Part shown: positions 25,859-39,150 of the stretch, piece after piece
Numbering within the stretch: the stretch's first letter is position 1
Layout of the letters: each line of letters begins with the position of its first letter
From: Squalus acanthias
Taxonomy: Eukaryota
Assembly (NCBI GenBank): GCA_030390025.1
Contig: CM059432.1
Location: forward strand, 20,214,001-20,278,000
Direction: 5' to 3'
DNA: 64,000 bases
Position numbers and translations under genes: made by a program
The notes under the pieces: model-generated
What the model was told of the DNA's origin: nothing
Databases searched by the model: none
What the model saw: the letters and a program-made list of their open reading frames with translations, nothing else

Positions 25859-26769
25859 AGTCATAGTAAGCATGTTAGTGCTATCACTGCTTGGAAGTGG
25901 AAATGTATAATGTGATGTGTGAGCAGTCATTATTTTAGGAAAGTGAGAAAATCTGTAAGAGCTGAATCTCACTATTATAATGAAGATGCTCCAAACTGGA
26001 AGATTACATAGACTACCCAAAGTTTTCTACATAACTTTTCAGGGGGTAGATATGGCTTTGGATACACGAGTGCTCAGAATGCGTTGCAACCTCAATAGAG
26101 CCAAACATGACGAAAACAGACTTGACTGTTGTCTATGGGGAGGCTTTTAAGTCAAACATCACACGCCTGACATCCTTGCTCCAAGAATAGGTAGCAGTGT
26201 ATTTGCAGCTGCCCTCATGATTGCGCTGTCATATGTGTAGAGACATGTTATATATCACAATGAAGATGAAGTGTCACAGCACTTAAGGAAAACTCAGTAG
26301 TGCTCCTGGCGAAAGGCAATGTCTCGCCTGCTGCAAAAACTGCCATCAGCAGTGAAGAATATTAGTGTGCACGCTGGTGCGGCTCGGTGAGCCAATGAGC
26401 ACAGAAATAAACTGAGCACTCATCGGGTGGCCTGTACACTCATTTACTGTTTCCTTATTTTCTATATACTAAACTTCTCTGCCCCTATCTTAATATCGCC
26501 TTTCAATATCAAAACTCATTAGCAACTCCTATGAAGAGAAAACAGGGGTAGAAATGACACCAGCCAGTTATGGGACCTATGAGCTAGAGGAGATTACGGA
26601 CATAAACACAAACAATGAATGCGCTCAATATTTGGCCACAGCCAATACTTTGGAAGTGAATTTTTGTGTGGAACAATGAGTTTCCCTTCTTTCAAACTTG
26701 GTTCTTCCTTGTTTTGAACATGTTACAAGCATTGAAAGGTAACAGTAAAATTGGAAGAGTTTTGGATTA

Positions 26770-28608
26770 ACTTTGAATTAAGGAGCGATCTGGCCCGGGT
26801 AAATTGGAGTCAATGACTGGCAGGCAGAAATGTAATAGAGCAATGGGCGGCCATTAAAAAGGAGCTGGTTCGGGTACAGTCTAGGTACATCCCACAAGGG
26901 GGAATGGGAGGGCAACTGAGGTACTAAATGAGTACTTTGCATCAGTGTTTACTGAGGAACAGGACTTTGCCAAAGCTACGGTTATCGAGACACTGGATGA
27001 GATAAAGATAAAGAGGAGGTACTAGAAAGTATGCAGTACTTAAAGTGGATAAGTCACCCAGTCCGGATGGAATGCATCCTATGTTGCTGAGGGAAATAAG
27101 GGTAGAAATTGCGGAGGTGTTGACTATAATCTTCCAATCTTCCTTAGATACAGGGGTGATGCCAGAGGACTGGAGGATAGCAAATGTTACACCCTTGTTC
27201 AAAAAAGGGGAGACGCACAAACCTGGCAATTTCAGGCCAGTCAGTTTTACGTTGGTGGGTGGGGAAGCTTTTAGAAACAATAATCCGGGAGGAAATTAAC
27301 AGCCACTTGGTCAAGTATGGACTAATAAAGGAGAGCCAGCACGGATTTGTTAAGGGAAAATTGTGTTTGACTAACTTGATTGAGTTTTTTGACGAGGTAA
27401 CAGAGTAGGTGGATGAGGGCACTGTGGCTGGTGTTGCATATATGGACTTTCAAAAGGCGTTTACTGATAAAGTGCTATATAATAGGCTTGCTAGCAAAAT
27501 GGAAGCCCATGGGATAAAAGGGGCAGTAGCAGCGTCGATACAAAATTAGCTAACGGATGGAAAAGGGAGAGCTGTGGTGAATGGCTGTTTTTCGGAGTGG
27601 AAGGAGGTATACAGTGGTGTTGCCCAGGGTTCAATACTGGGACCTCTGCTGTTTTTGATATACATTAATGACTTGGACTTGGGGGTACAGGGTACAATTT
27701 CAAAATGTGCAGATGACAAGAAACTTGGAAGTGTAGTAAACAGTGAGGAAGATAGTAAGAAGACTTCAAAAGGACATAGACAGGCTGGTGGAATGGTTGG
27801 ACATATGGCAGATGAAATTCAGCGCAGAAAATTGTGAGGTGATACGTTTTGGTAGGAAGAATGAGGAGAGACCATACAAGCTATATTATACAATCTTAAA
27901 GGGGGTGCATGAACAGAGAGACCTGGAGGTGCTTGTGCGCAAATCTTTGAAGGTGGCAGGACAGGTTAACAAAGCAGTTAATAAAGCATACGGGATCCTG
28001 GGCTTTATAAATAGAGGCAGAGAGTACAAAAGCCAGGAAGTTATGCTAAGCCTATATAAAACACGAGTTCAGCCCCAGATGGAGCATTGTGTCCAATTCT
28101 GGGCACCACACTTTAGAAAGGACGTGAAGGCTTTGGAGAGGGTACAGAAGAGATTTACTAGAATGAGTCCAAGGACGGGGGATTATAGTTACGTGGATAG
28201 ACTGGAGAAGCTGGGGTTGTTCTCCTTAGAGCAGAGAAGGCTAAGAGGAGATTCGATAAAGGTGTTTAAAATCATGAAGGATTTAGATAGAGTGAATAAA
28301 GAGAAACTGTTTCCAATGGCTGAAGGGTTGATAATCAGAGAGCACAGATTTAAAAGAACCAGAGGCGACATGAGGAAAAACTTTTTTACGCAGCGTGTGG
28401 TCAGGATTTGGAATGCGCTGCCGGATAGGGTGGTGGATACAGATTCAATAGTAGCCTTCAAAAGGGAACTGGATTAATACTTGAAGGAGAAAAAATTAAA
28501 GGGATATGGGGAAAGAGCGGGACTAATTGGAATGCTCTTCAAAAGAGCCGGCGCAGACTTGATGGGCCGAATGACCTCCTTCTGTGCTGTACTATTCTAT
28601 GATTCTAG
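26770..28608 (+). mobile_element. Decayed CR1 with internal deletions
   Basis: KSPSPDGMHP, QHGFVKGK, GVAQGSILGP; ctatgatt tail. Confidence 0.9.
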
Positions 28609-28684
28609 TTTCAGGAATGGATTGTTAGACCGACAATTTGCCTTTTCCCTTTAAGTTCTCAACCATATTCCATCTTTTTATAAT

Positions 28685-29789
28685 GGGCCAGGATTTGCGG
28701 TAGGTATGGCGGCGTACTCTCTGCACGCGCTAAATCCTCAACTTGTGATCTGTCAAGTTACGACTTGACAGACGATCCGCACCGACGGGGGAAATCCTCA
28801 TTGCTGATGCAGAGTTGAGCTAATTGCCCACCAACTGTCCAGCAATTACGTACAAAAATTTTACGGCTGATGCAAATAGGCGCAGGGCCTGTTTGCATCA
28901 GCGTAAGGGGATATCTCGAAAGATCCAAAGCATCGTTCGGCATGTTTTAGCTCGCATGAATGTGACATTGGTACATTACAACAGATGGAAGTACTTGAGC
29001 TCCGTTTGAATAATTTAGCCGTGAGCTTCGTAAAATTGCGAAGAAACATAGAAACATAGAAAAATAGGAGCAGGAGTAGGCCATTCGGCCCTTCGAGCCT
29101 GCTCCACCATTCAATATGATCATGGCTAATCCTCTATCTCAATACCATATTCCTGTTCTCTCCCCATACCCCTTGATGCCTTTTGTGTCTAGAAATCTAT
29201 CTATCTCCTTCTTAAATATAGAGCTTTTTTTGTTTGTTTATTTTAGTGTCTACGCATTTAATCTCTATATTATTGAAATCCTGATGTTGAAGCTTGGTGC
29301 TGTCACTTCATCAGTTTTTTTGTGTGGGGCAATCTAAGTGCCACTGTTCAGTTCTCTGTACCTCATGTGGTTGTGATGGACTGAATTCAACTGATGCTAA
29401 ATCCCAAATAAAGAACGAACAAAATGTTAAACCTATGTATTTACATCTTATATCATGCAACATTCAGCGTGTCAGGGGCCAGTCTGTACCCTGCCTTCTC
29501 CTATAAGCCTGATGCAATGGTTCCCACATATCTGTCAATACTGTGGGCCTATCTGTCAACACGAAGAGGAAACTCGGCGCTTCCATTGATTGGAGCACCA
29601 GACCCACGGGATCCCAGGTACGCTTCCGCACACGCTGCACCCCCGGGATCCGCGGGCCATTACGCTGTCCTCGAGTACGCAGCGTCAAACAGCAAGTTCG
29701 CGAAGGAGGGTCCCCATCAGGTCAGCTCGCGTTCTATTCGGATGCCAGCGGCGTACTCCGTAGGTACGCCGCCGACCGCAAAATCAGCC
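28685..29789. mobile_element. Harbinger-like MITE containing a CR1 3'-end insertion (about 29044-29219, minus)
   Basis: Ends gggccaggatttgcgg / ccgcaaaatcagccc. The left 230 bp aligns by eye with the reverse complement of 56180-56431. Confidence 0.6.
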
Positions 29790-30429
29790 CCAACATTCTT
29801 AACCTCTTCCCTTTCTACAAATGTATCATTGGAACTCGAGTGGTAGATTATCTTCTTATGAAAATGAGCGAGTTTGGTCGAGTTCACTATATCGTAAATT
29901 GTACATGGTATGTGGATTCAAAGAGTTTGACGGGCCAAATGATCATTTCTCATGTCACATTTTTGCTAGTTTTAAACAGAGTAAATTTTCTCCATTAAAG
30001 TCCAGAATAGATTTTTTATTCCTTTTTCGGCTCCTTTCTCACTATTTACTTTGTTATTTTTTTCCTTTTATTTCTTTAACTACAGTAATGGCAGATTAGT
30101 GAAAACCCACTGCCCTAGGAAAATTTCACAAGTAAAAGCAGATCAAGTGATGCCAAAATCAATATGTCTTGCTGCATGGGAACGATAAGAGCTTTTGGCT
30201 GCCTTCAAAGAAAAATGTATACTATCCTTCCATCTCCACAGTCAAAGCTAATACTTAAGTCTGTCCTTTGAAAAAGTGTTCTTAAACTCAAAAAGCAAAT
30301 ATTCCAACATGGGCTGCACAGTGGAGTACCAAAAAGAAATGCTGCTTCAGAATATTGGGTAGAAGGTTCAATCTCCCATTCTGCTAAATTCATAACCTTC
30401 GCTGTGTGCTGTGGGGATTAACCAGGCCA

Positions 30430-31078
30430 AGACGATACCCCCGATTTTACCCCCCCACCTTCCCCCACCCAGAAGGTACGGTGCACGGGAGGGGCCTCCC
30501 ATCTCCAACCAGCTGCCTTCCTGGCCGTTTAAATTTCCCTTCCCCAAATTAGGCCATCGACAAAGCTCCCCAAAATGCAGGCGGCGGCCTAGTTAACATC
30601 CAAAATTCGCAGCCCGACGACATCACCGGCGCCGCGTCGTAGAATTAACTGAACGTCAGGGGGAAGTCCTGCAGTCAGCCACTCCGCAACAGATCCAAGG
30701 CGGGAGGCGCCCACTCGCCAAGGTAAGTATTAAAGTGCTGCTCCTTTTAAAAGTCCTTGTGGTCCAGAAGGTACAGGAGTGCTCCCCCCAGGCCCGTCAA
30801 GGGGTCCTTGGGCCTCCGCAGTCCCGGCCTCCCCGCGATCTCGCTGGAACCCCCCCCGCCGATCCGCGATCTTCTGCAAAGCCCTCCTTCCACTGACTGC
30901 CAAGGACCGTCCTCATGTGTCCCCAGCTGCGGCCTTCTGCCACTAAATTCCTACTCCCACCCGCCGGCCAGACAGTCAATCTGGCTGGGTGTCGGGCGAG
31001 AGTCATTATTTAAATGATCTGAACATCCCAGCCCGGGCTCCCCGGCACCCTTCCCGCTCTCCCGTTAGTATCAAGGCC
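30430..31078. mobile_element. GC-rich Harbinger-like MITE remnant
   Basis: GC/CpG-rich island in AT-rich intron, ending tatcaaggccc; left end unclear. Confidence 0.4.
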
Positions 31079-32615
31079 CATGAGTCTATCCAGAGTGAAG
31101 GACAGAGAATTAGAGGGAGAATGCTCCACTGTGCCACCCTTGTGTGCCTCCTAATGGTAGGCTCTGAGTGATTCTGGTGGCAATTTGAAAGCTGGGAACA
31201 AGCCACCTGTCCTCTTGGTTCCAGGTGGTATATGGCCTGGGGCACCAACAAAGAAATATTCAGAAAGAAATTAGAGACTGAACACCCTCCAAATAAATTC
31301 CACACTGAAAGTTTCTGCTCATTCCCTTACGTGCGACATGCACGCTTCCTCTGAGCAGCAACTCATCTGTGTCGTGATGCTCTCAGCTCCCTGAGGCATG
31401 ACATTAGTAAGCCAGCTGCGGTACATTGGGGTGCATCTTAGTGTAATTTTATAATTAAACGCATTTTGATACTATTTAGCAAACAGTTATGTCAATTAGA
31501 TAAACATTACAGCATCTGACATTCCAAATCAGACCATTAAGCAGCTTTAATTGATCCTGCAGCTGTTCATTTCTGGGACTAGCTGCCAAAATACAGGTGA
31601 GGTGCATCAGGGACTCCAATAAGTGGACACTGATCAAGTTGGTGAAATTCTTCACTCTCTCTCCAATGCAGCTGCTGGAAAGTACACGATGACAATATGA
31701 AATTCCACATGGAACCTTTGCAACACAAGCATTTGTAGAAGCAGGAAAATAACTGGGCCCAACAAGCCCATCCCATTCATCAAGGGACAACGCCAACTAC
31801 CCTCTTTCTCAGCCTGCCCCTCAATTTCAGCATACTCCGAACCATCCCCCTTTCTCTCCTCCATACCCCTCTCGGGAGCCAGAATATATATTTCAGCTGA
31901 TTTTGGTCACCGGAGCCGCGCACGTACCCGAGACGGAGTGTGGGCCTGAGTGTGACTGACACAGCTTCAGCCAGACGACTGATTAGGCTGCAAGTGTCAA
32001 TAACGTTAATCTTGATATGGACGACAGTATCATTCACTGGGGAAAAGAAATCAGGCTACTTAAGAGAATGAGCTCTGTGATGCTGATTAAACTGAAATTT
32101 TAAATGTTTATTTGCTTTTAATGCAAACCATTAGTTATGGAACATATGCAGCAAGTTATATACGACCAACTAGATAATTAAAGGTTTTTTTTTTAATTCT
32201 CTGTTTCTTCTATTAACCCTGCCTCCTGCAGTTCATGCTTCAGTTTCATGAGACATTAAATATTAATGCTTCTAAAGCTAGACTTCTATGATCTACATTT
32301 CCCTGTTAAAATCATCAATCAACACAGTCCACTCTTACCTGAATCATATCACAGCTGACTAGAAAGCTGTCAAATCTCTTGATTGTACGCAGCTTTGGTT
32401 TTTTTTTGTAACTAGCTTCTTTGATTAAGGGCCTAATAAGTGTTAAAAATGGAAAGCTTCAATAGACTAATAAAGTATGGCCAACAGCTGGAGGTGTTCC
32501 ACTGTACATTCCAAATGACTTGCTTCCTTCCTTTAAACTTAGTGTGACATGGAAACTTGCATGTGTCACAGACAGACAGAGACATGCGTTAGACAAACTT
32601 AAAACAAAAAATCGT

Positions 32616-32934
32616 GGGGTAGAATTTCTGTGGGGTTGTCTCGATTTCCAGCCATAACGGAGGTGGATGATCGGTGGAAACTCTGGAAAAAATGGCATAA
32701 ACGGAATGAACTGCACACTCTGACCACTATCAGCTGGCGGCCTGGCCGAACAGGATCCTTCTGGTTAAGTTCCGTCTTATTTTTGTGGGGCCGGGAGGAG
32801 CAGGAGTGCCCCTCCCGTTTCCAGGTAACAGCCTAGGCCGCTGCCACTCAGGCTCACTACCCCTCCAGACGTCAGTCCAGCCTCCCCCACCAAGGTCAGG
32901 CAGCAGCATTCCACTGGCTCGGAAATCCAATCCC
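32616..32934. mobile_element. Harbinger-like MITE remnant
   Basis: Imperfect ends ggggtagaatttc / gaaatccaatccc. Confidence 0.4.
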
Positions 32935-34399
32935 AGGAGTCAGACAACAGCTATAAGACACTCTGCAGTTTACGTTCCCTAAGCCATACATTGCTTTTAT
33001 TGGCTGTGCTCAATTCCGGGTCTCCATTATTTTCCTTTTCTAATGTATTGTTTTTAAAAATGAACTTTTGTTTTACGAATAATCTAACCAATCTGCATCA
33101 GCCAGTGCTCTCGCCCTTACACTCCTATCCAAGCTGCCCTGGCAGAACTTATTGAAGGTGAACATGATGATTTCAAGAAGGATTTCTTGATAAAAGGTCT
33201 TCGACATGGCTACAAGAGTAAATTCACCATGTTTGATCTCTGAACTATGGCGAGTTCGCTGACAGCAGCCAGGCCAGCAGTGGCGGTTGTACCAGTTCAT
33301 GAAAAAGCCCTAGATTAAGGAGGGGCAATGTAAAAATCAGCCAGCCTCCCACTCCTGATCATTATTCAACGACTCCTATTGGAAAGTGCTGACGTGTAAA
33401 GACAGGTTTGGGCTTGGCTGTGACGGCAACACAGACAGATATAGTTGGCACCACTCACAGCCTAGACTCACACTTAATAAACAGTCACTGGGGTGAACTA
33501 CAATAGGCCAGGCAGCACTGGTAGAAATGCACTGCAGCTGGGGACAGTGCCTTCAGGAGAGTTGGGGGCGGGGGAGGGAAAGTAGGAATAAAATATAACT
33601 TGTTTGATAACAAAACAACTGGTGCATAGAATCTGCATTTGAAATAATTCCCAAGCTTATTATTTTGTCTGATCTTTTTAATCCTATTCTATATGATAGA
33701 AGCCTTGCGTCTCAATGATTAAATTATTGAAATAAGGTCCCATTCTGATTTTCTCAAAATCAGTCGTTAACCTCCTGCAGTGAGAGAAAATGAGGATGTG
33801 TCACCAAGGCCAAGTCGCTCTCATCAAAGGTTGTTGATCTATTAGAGCTAAAAGCTAGGAGAGGGAGGAATTTTCTGCTTTCCCTATTTTCCGGCATGTT
33901 GCCATCAATCCTTGGATGTCGCTGTCATTTTTCAGAGTGTCAAAGAATGACAGCAGTATGCTTCATCATAACCTAGTTAAAATTAATTGCAAATTATCCC
34001 ATCGGCTGCAGAGTCCATGCTAGGATTATTACAGCACCCTGCCAAGAAGCATATGCAGGCCCTCCTTGAAGGTTTTTGTATATGTAAATTAATGTGATGT
34101 GATGTTCACTGCTCAGCAGAAGTCTAAGTACTTAAGAGGCAACCTCTAATCACCGGCAACGTCTACATTTTTTTTTCGAGGAGAGAGGAATAACCATATG
34201 TATTTTCTTCCCATTTGCTGCTGCAATTATTACCATCCCTTATGTTTTCCTTATGAAATAGGCATTATAAATGGTTTGGAGTCAATCTGATAGGTTCTAA
34301 AGGGATTGAGGTATTGATCCATCAAAAAGGAACAGGCTTATTGGGCATAATGGCCTGTTCTTATTCCTAAAAGTTCTTATTTCATCACACATTACATAC

Positions 34400-35117
34400 C
34401 AAAATGGTGAAAGATTGGGGAATGCAGATGCTCAAAGGAACCTGGGTGTCTTTGTACATGAGTCACTGAAAGTGAATGTGCAGGTGCAGCAAGCCATTAG
34501 GAAGGCAAATGGTTTGCTGGCCTTCATTACAAGAGGATTTGAGTACAGGAGTAAAGAAGTCTTACTCCAATTATATAGGGCCTTGGTGAGACCACACCTG
34601 GAGTACTGTGTACAATTTTGGTCTCCTTACCTAAGGAAGGATATACTTGCCATAGAGGGAGTGCAACAAAGGTTCACGAGATTGATTCCTGGGATGACGG
34701 GACTGTCGTATGAAAAGAGATTGAGTAAACTAGGCCTGTATTCTCTTGAATTCAGAAGAATGAGAGGGGATCTCATTGAATCATACAAAATGATTACAGG
34801 ACTTGATAGGGTGGATGCTGGGAGAATGTTTCCCTTGGCTGGGGAGTCTAGAACCAGGGCCCACAGCCTCAGGCTAAAGGGAGGCCATTCAGGACTGAGA
34901 TGAGAAGAAATTTCTTCACACAGAGGGTGGTGAATCTTTGGAATTCTCTACCTCAGAGGGCTGTGGAGGCTCAGTCATTGGGTATATTCAAAACAGAAGT
35001 CGATAGGTTTCTGACTAGTAAGGGCATCAAGGGATATGGCGAGAAGGCCGGTGAATGGAATTGAGGCAGAAGATCAGCCATGGCCTACTCCTGCTCCTAT
35101 TTCTTATGTTCTTATGT
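34400..35117 (+). mobile_element. CR1 3' fragment
   Basis: ORF 34415-34903. Confidence 0.9.
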
Positions 35118-35556
35118 ACCTCAACTCTGACTGCTCGCTGGTGAATGGTTCCCAGGCCTCTGTTAATACCAGCTCCTATAAGGTACATGACAGTGGCATA
35201 TGTCAACTGATTTTTCTCGCCCTCCTCATTATTTTCTGATCTTCGCTTACCCTCTGCTCACCGCCTCCTATAAATGGGATGGGTATGGTTGCCAACTCAC
35301 GTGTGTAGAACGGCACGCACAAAAGTGAATACTTCCCATTCACAGCATGTCAGAGCACAACAATACCATCCGAAACAACAAAGTTCATGTTCAATTATCC
35401 TGAAATGATTTTACACTATTGGGGATTCCAAATATACAGTCACCTACTGCTCTAGTCTTTAATAGTCCCTGGTGACATCCCTGAAAAAACACAGGCCATC
35501 TGCCAGAGATTTAATTTTTGCTTCAAATTTCTATCCTCTCCTAATATGACCCAATT

Positions 35557-36938
35557 GATGACATCAGTCGCAGGGAAAATGCTACAATCTATTATTAAGG
35601 ACGTGGTAACAGGGCACTTAGAAAATAATAATAGGATTGGGCAGAGTCAACACGAACTTATGAAAGGGAAATCGTGTTTGACAAATCTGTTAGAGTTTTT
35701 TGAGGTTGTAACGAGCAGAATAGATAAGCGGGAACCAGTGGATGTGGTGTATTTGGACTTTCAGAAGGCATTCAATAAGGTGCCACACAAGAGGTTATTA
35801 AATTAGGGCTCATGCGATTGGGGGACATATACAAGCATGGATTGAGGATTGGTTAATGGACAGAAAACAGAGAGTAGGAATAAACGGCTCATTTTCGGGT
35901 TGACAGGCTGTAACTAGTGGGGTACTGCAAGGATCAGTGCTTGGACCTCAGCTATTCACAATCTATATCAATGATTTGGATGAGGGGACCAAATGTAATA
36001 TATCCAAGTATGCTGATGATACAAAGCTGGGTGGGAATGTAAGTTGTGAGGAGGATGCGAGGAGGCTTCATGGGGATATAGACAAGCTAAGTGAGTGGGC
36101 AAGAACAAGGCAAATGGAATATAATGTGGAGAAATGTGAAGTTATCCACTTTGGGAGGAAAAATAGAAAAGCAGAGTATTTTTTAAATGGTGAGAGATTG
36201 GGAAATGTTGGTGTTCAGAGGGACCTGGGTGTCCTTGTACACAAAGCACTGAAAGTTAACATCCAGGCACAGCAAGCAATTAGGAAAGCAAATGGTATGT
36301 TGGCCTTTATTACAAGAGGATTTGAGTATAAGATTAAAGACGTCTTACTGCAATTATATAGGGCCCTGGTAAGACCACACCTGGAGTATTGTGTACAGTT
36401 TTGATCTCCTTACCCAAGGAAGGATATACTTGCCATAGAGGGAGTGCAACAAAGGTTCACCAGACTGATTCCTGGAATGGGGGTATTGTCCTATGAGGAG
36501 AGATTCAGTAGACTAGACCTATATTCTCTAGAGTTTCAAAGAATGAGAGGTGATCTCATTGAAACATACAAAATTCTTACAGGGCTTGACAGGGTAGATG
36601 CAGGGAGGATGTTTCCCCTGGCTGGGGAGTCTTGAACCAGGGGTCACAGTCTCAGAATAAGGGGTCGGCCATTTAGGACTGAGATGAGAAGAAATTTCTT
36701 CACTCAGAGGGTGGTGAATCTTTGGAATTCTCTACCCCAGAGGGCTGTGGAGGCTCAGTCGTTGAGTATATTCAAGACAGAGATCGATAGATTTTTGGAT
36801 ATTAAGGGAATCAAGGGATATGGGGATAGTGCAGGAAAGTGGAGATGAAGTAGAAGATCAGCCATGATCTTATTGAATGGCGGAGCAGACTCGAGGGGCC
36901 GAATGGCCTACTCCTGCTCCTATTTCTTATGTTCTTAT
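35557..36938 (+). mobile_element. CR1 RT and 3' fragment
   Basis: ORFs 35546-36635 with RT motifs; cttatgtt tail. Confidence 0.92.
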
Positions 36939-37309
36939 GATTGCACGGGATCTGGCCGCACCCTGATATCTAAAGCCATTCTTCATGTGTCCTTCGAGAC
37001 AGTCAATGCCAACCAAGCTATTCAACTGTAGGAGTATCATAGCTGAGCCTGAGATTTCCTTACACAACGTCAACACATGCCTTTTCCAGGAAGCATCACT
37101 GGATGACCATCAACAGCAGGAAGGTTGACCAGTTCAAACAACCTTCCCCAGCTGACAGGCAATGAAGCCATTTGTAGAACCAGTACTACAAATGCTCTTG
37201 TTGATGTCCGTTAGCTGACTGAATCTTTGACCTTCCTGTCAGTGCTACATCAAACCATGCATTCACCAAATAAGTTATTGGAGAATTTTGCTTAGCAACA
37301 CAAATGTGG

Positions 37310-38149
37310 GCAAAAACATGTCTACGGGATACAAAACAGAGTTGTGGTGAATGGCTGTTTTTCAGACTGGAGGCAGGTATATTGTGGTGTTCCCCAGAAT
37401 TCAGTACTAGGGCCACTGCTGTTTTTGATATACGTTAATGACTTGGACTTGGGGGTGCAGGGCACAATTTCAAAATTTGCAGATGATACAAAACTTTGAA
37501 GTGTAGTAAAGAGTGAGGAAGGTAGGAATAGACTTCAAGAGGACATAGACAGGCTGGTGGAATGGGCGGACACATAGCAGATAAAATTCAACACAGAAAA
37601 GTATGAGGTGATACATTTAGGCAGGAAGAATGAGGAGAGACAATTCGTGCTAAATGGTATGATTTCAAAGGGGGTGCAAGAAGAGAGAGGCCTGGGGGTG
37701 TTTATCCACAAATCTTTGAAGGTGGCAGGACAGGTCAACAAAGCATTTAATAAAGCATATGGGATCCTGGGCTTTATAAATAGAGGCAGAGTGTACAAAA
37801 GCCAGGAAGTTATGCTAAACTGATATAAAACATTAGTTCAGCTGCAGCTGAAGTATTGTGTCCAATTCTGGGCACCACACTTTAGGAAGGAGGGTACAGA
37901 AGCGATTTACTAGAATGGTTCCAGGGATAAGGGATTACAGTTATGTGGCTAGACTGGAGAAGCTGGGGTTGTTCTCCTTAGAGCAGAGAAGGCTAAGAGG
38001 AGATTTGATAGAGGTGTTTAACATCATGAAGGGTTTAGATAGAGTAAAGAGCGGGGGAGTGGGACTAACTGGATTGCTTTTCGAAAGAGCCAGCGTAGAC
38101 GCGATGGGCCGAATGGCCTCCTTCTGTGCTCTACTATTCTATGATTCTT
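37310..38149 (+). mobile_element. CR1 fragment
   Basis: Similar to 27570-28608. Confidence 0.85.
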
Positions 38150-39065
38150 AGATTGATTACCTATCTCTGTAGGGTCACCTTCATTCTTCAAACCGTGCGC
38201 ATCCTCCACATACCATAGGAATATGGCCTAGTTTGACAGGATCTGTGCAAACTATGTACTGAGCGCACACAGAAGTGTCATCATGGCATTGCAGTCAAGA
38301 AACGGGACACAAGGTTTGCTATGCCCATGCTGTATATAGCTCCAGTATCTGTGCCATTGTGCGAGTTCATTTTGATCGGAGGCTAAACTAAAACTGAATA
38401 CACAACACTAACCCCCGGCCCCCAAAAGTAAAATCCATCAGGGTCTGTGAAAACAAATGGTTGGGATTGTGGTCCGTGGAGGAAGAAGAATGAAGAAAAC
38501 CCCGTAAAGTCGGTAATGTCTCTTTACTCTCTTGTCAGAATTTACATCAGAACCAGGATAGCTTCATCAGCAAAGTTCTGAGTACTGCTGGGACCTCTGA
38601 ACTTCAGGGTCCCTGTTTAAAGCGAATGTCTTTTGCGAGACCAATAGATACCTCTTTGAAAGGTTTGGGAGTAACCCTGGTAATTATAGGCCGGTTAGTC
38701 TTACTTCGGTGGTTGGTAAGATAATGGAAAAGGTCCTGAGGGATAGGATTTATGACCATTTGGAAAGGGGCAACTTAATCAGGGATAGTCAACACGGATT
38801 CGTGAAGGGTAAGTCTTGCCTAACAAATTTGATTGAATTCTTTGAGGAGGTAACTAAGTGTGTAGATGAAGGTAGAGCAGTTGATGTCGTATACATGGAT
38901 GTTAGTAAGGCGTTTGATAAGGTTCATCATGGTCGTCTCATGAAGAAAGTAAGGAGTTGTGGGATAGAGGGAAATTTGGCCGATTGGATAAGTAACTGGC
39001 TATCTCATAGAAAAAAATGAGAAGTCGCACAACACCAGGTTATAGTCCAGCAGATTTATTTAATT

Positions 39066-39103
39066 TTACAAGCTTTCGGAGCTATCGCTCCTTCGTCAGG
39101 TAA
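39066..39103 (-). ncRNA. Minimal hammerhead ribozyme (left arm of palindrome)
   Basis: Reverse complement reads ttacctgacgaaggagcgatagctccgaaagcttgtaa. Confidence 0.82.
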
Positions 39104-39112
39104 GTTGCTAAC

Positions 39113-39150
39113 TTACCTGACGAAGGAGCGATAGCTCCGAAAGCTTGTAA
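39113..39150 (+). ncRNA. Minimal hammerhead ribozyme (right arm of palindrome)
   Basis: ttacctgacgaaggagcgatagctccgaaagcttgtaa; core intact, stem II loop GAUA. Confidence 0.82.

Noticed and set aside
31929..32037. Minus-strand exon-like segment (tttcttttccccag ... gtacgt) reading NDTVVHIKINVIDTCSLISRLAEAVSVTLRPTLRL
   Set aside because: No recognisable homology, and that frame ends in phase 2, incompatible with the phase-1 TSNARE1 exon at 17263. It could be a non-coding exon but is unsupported.
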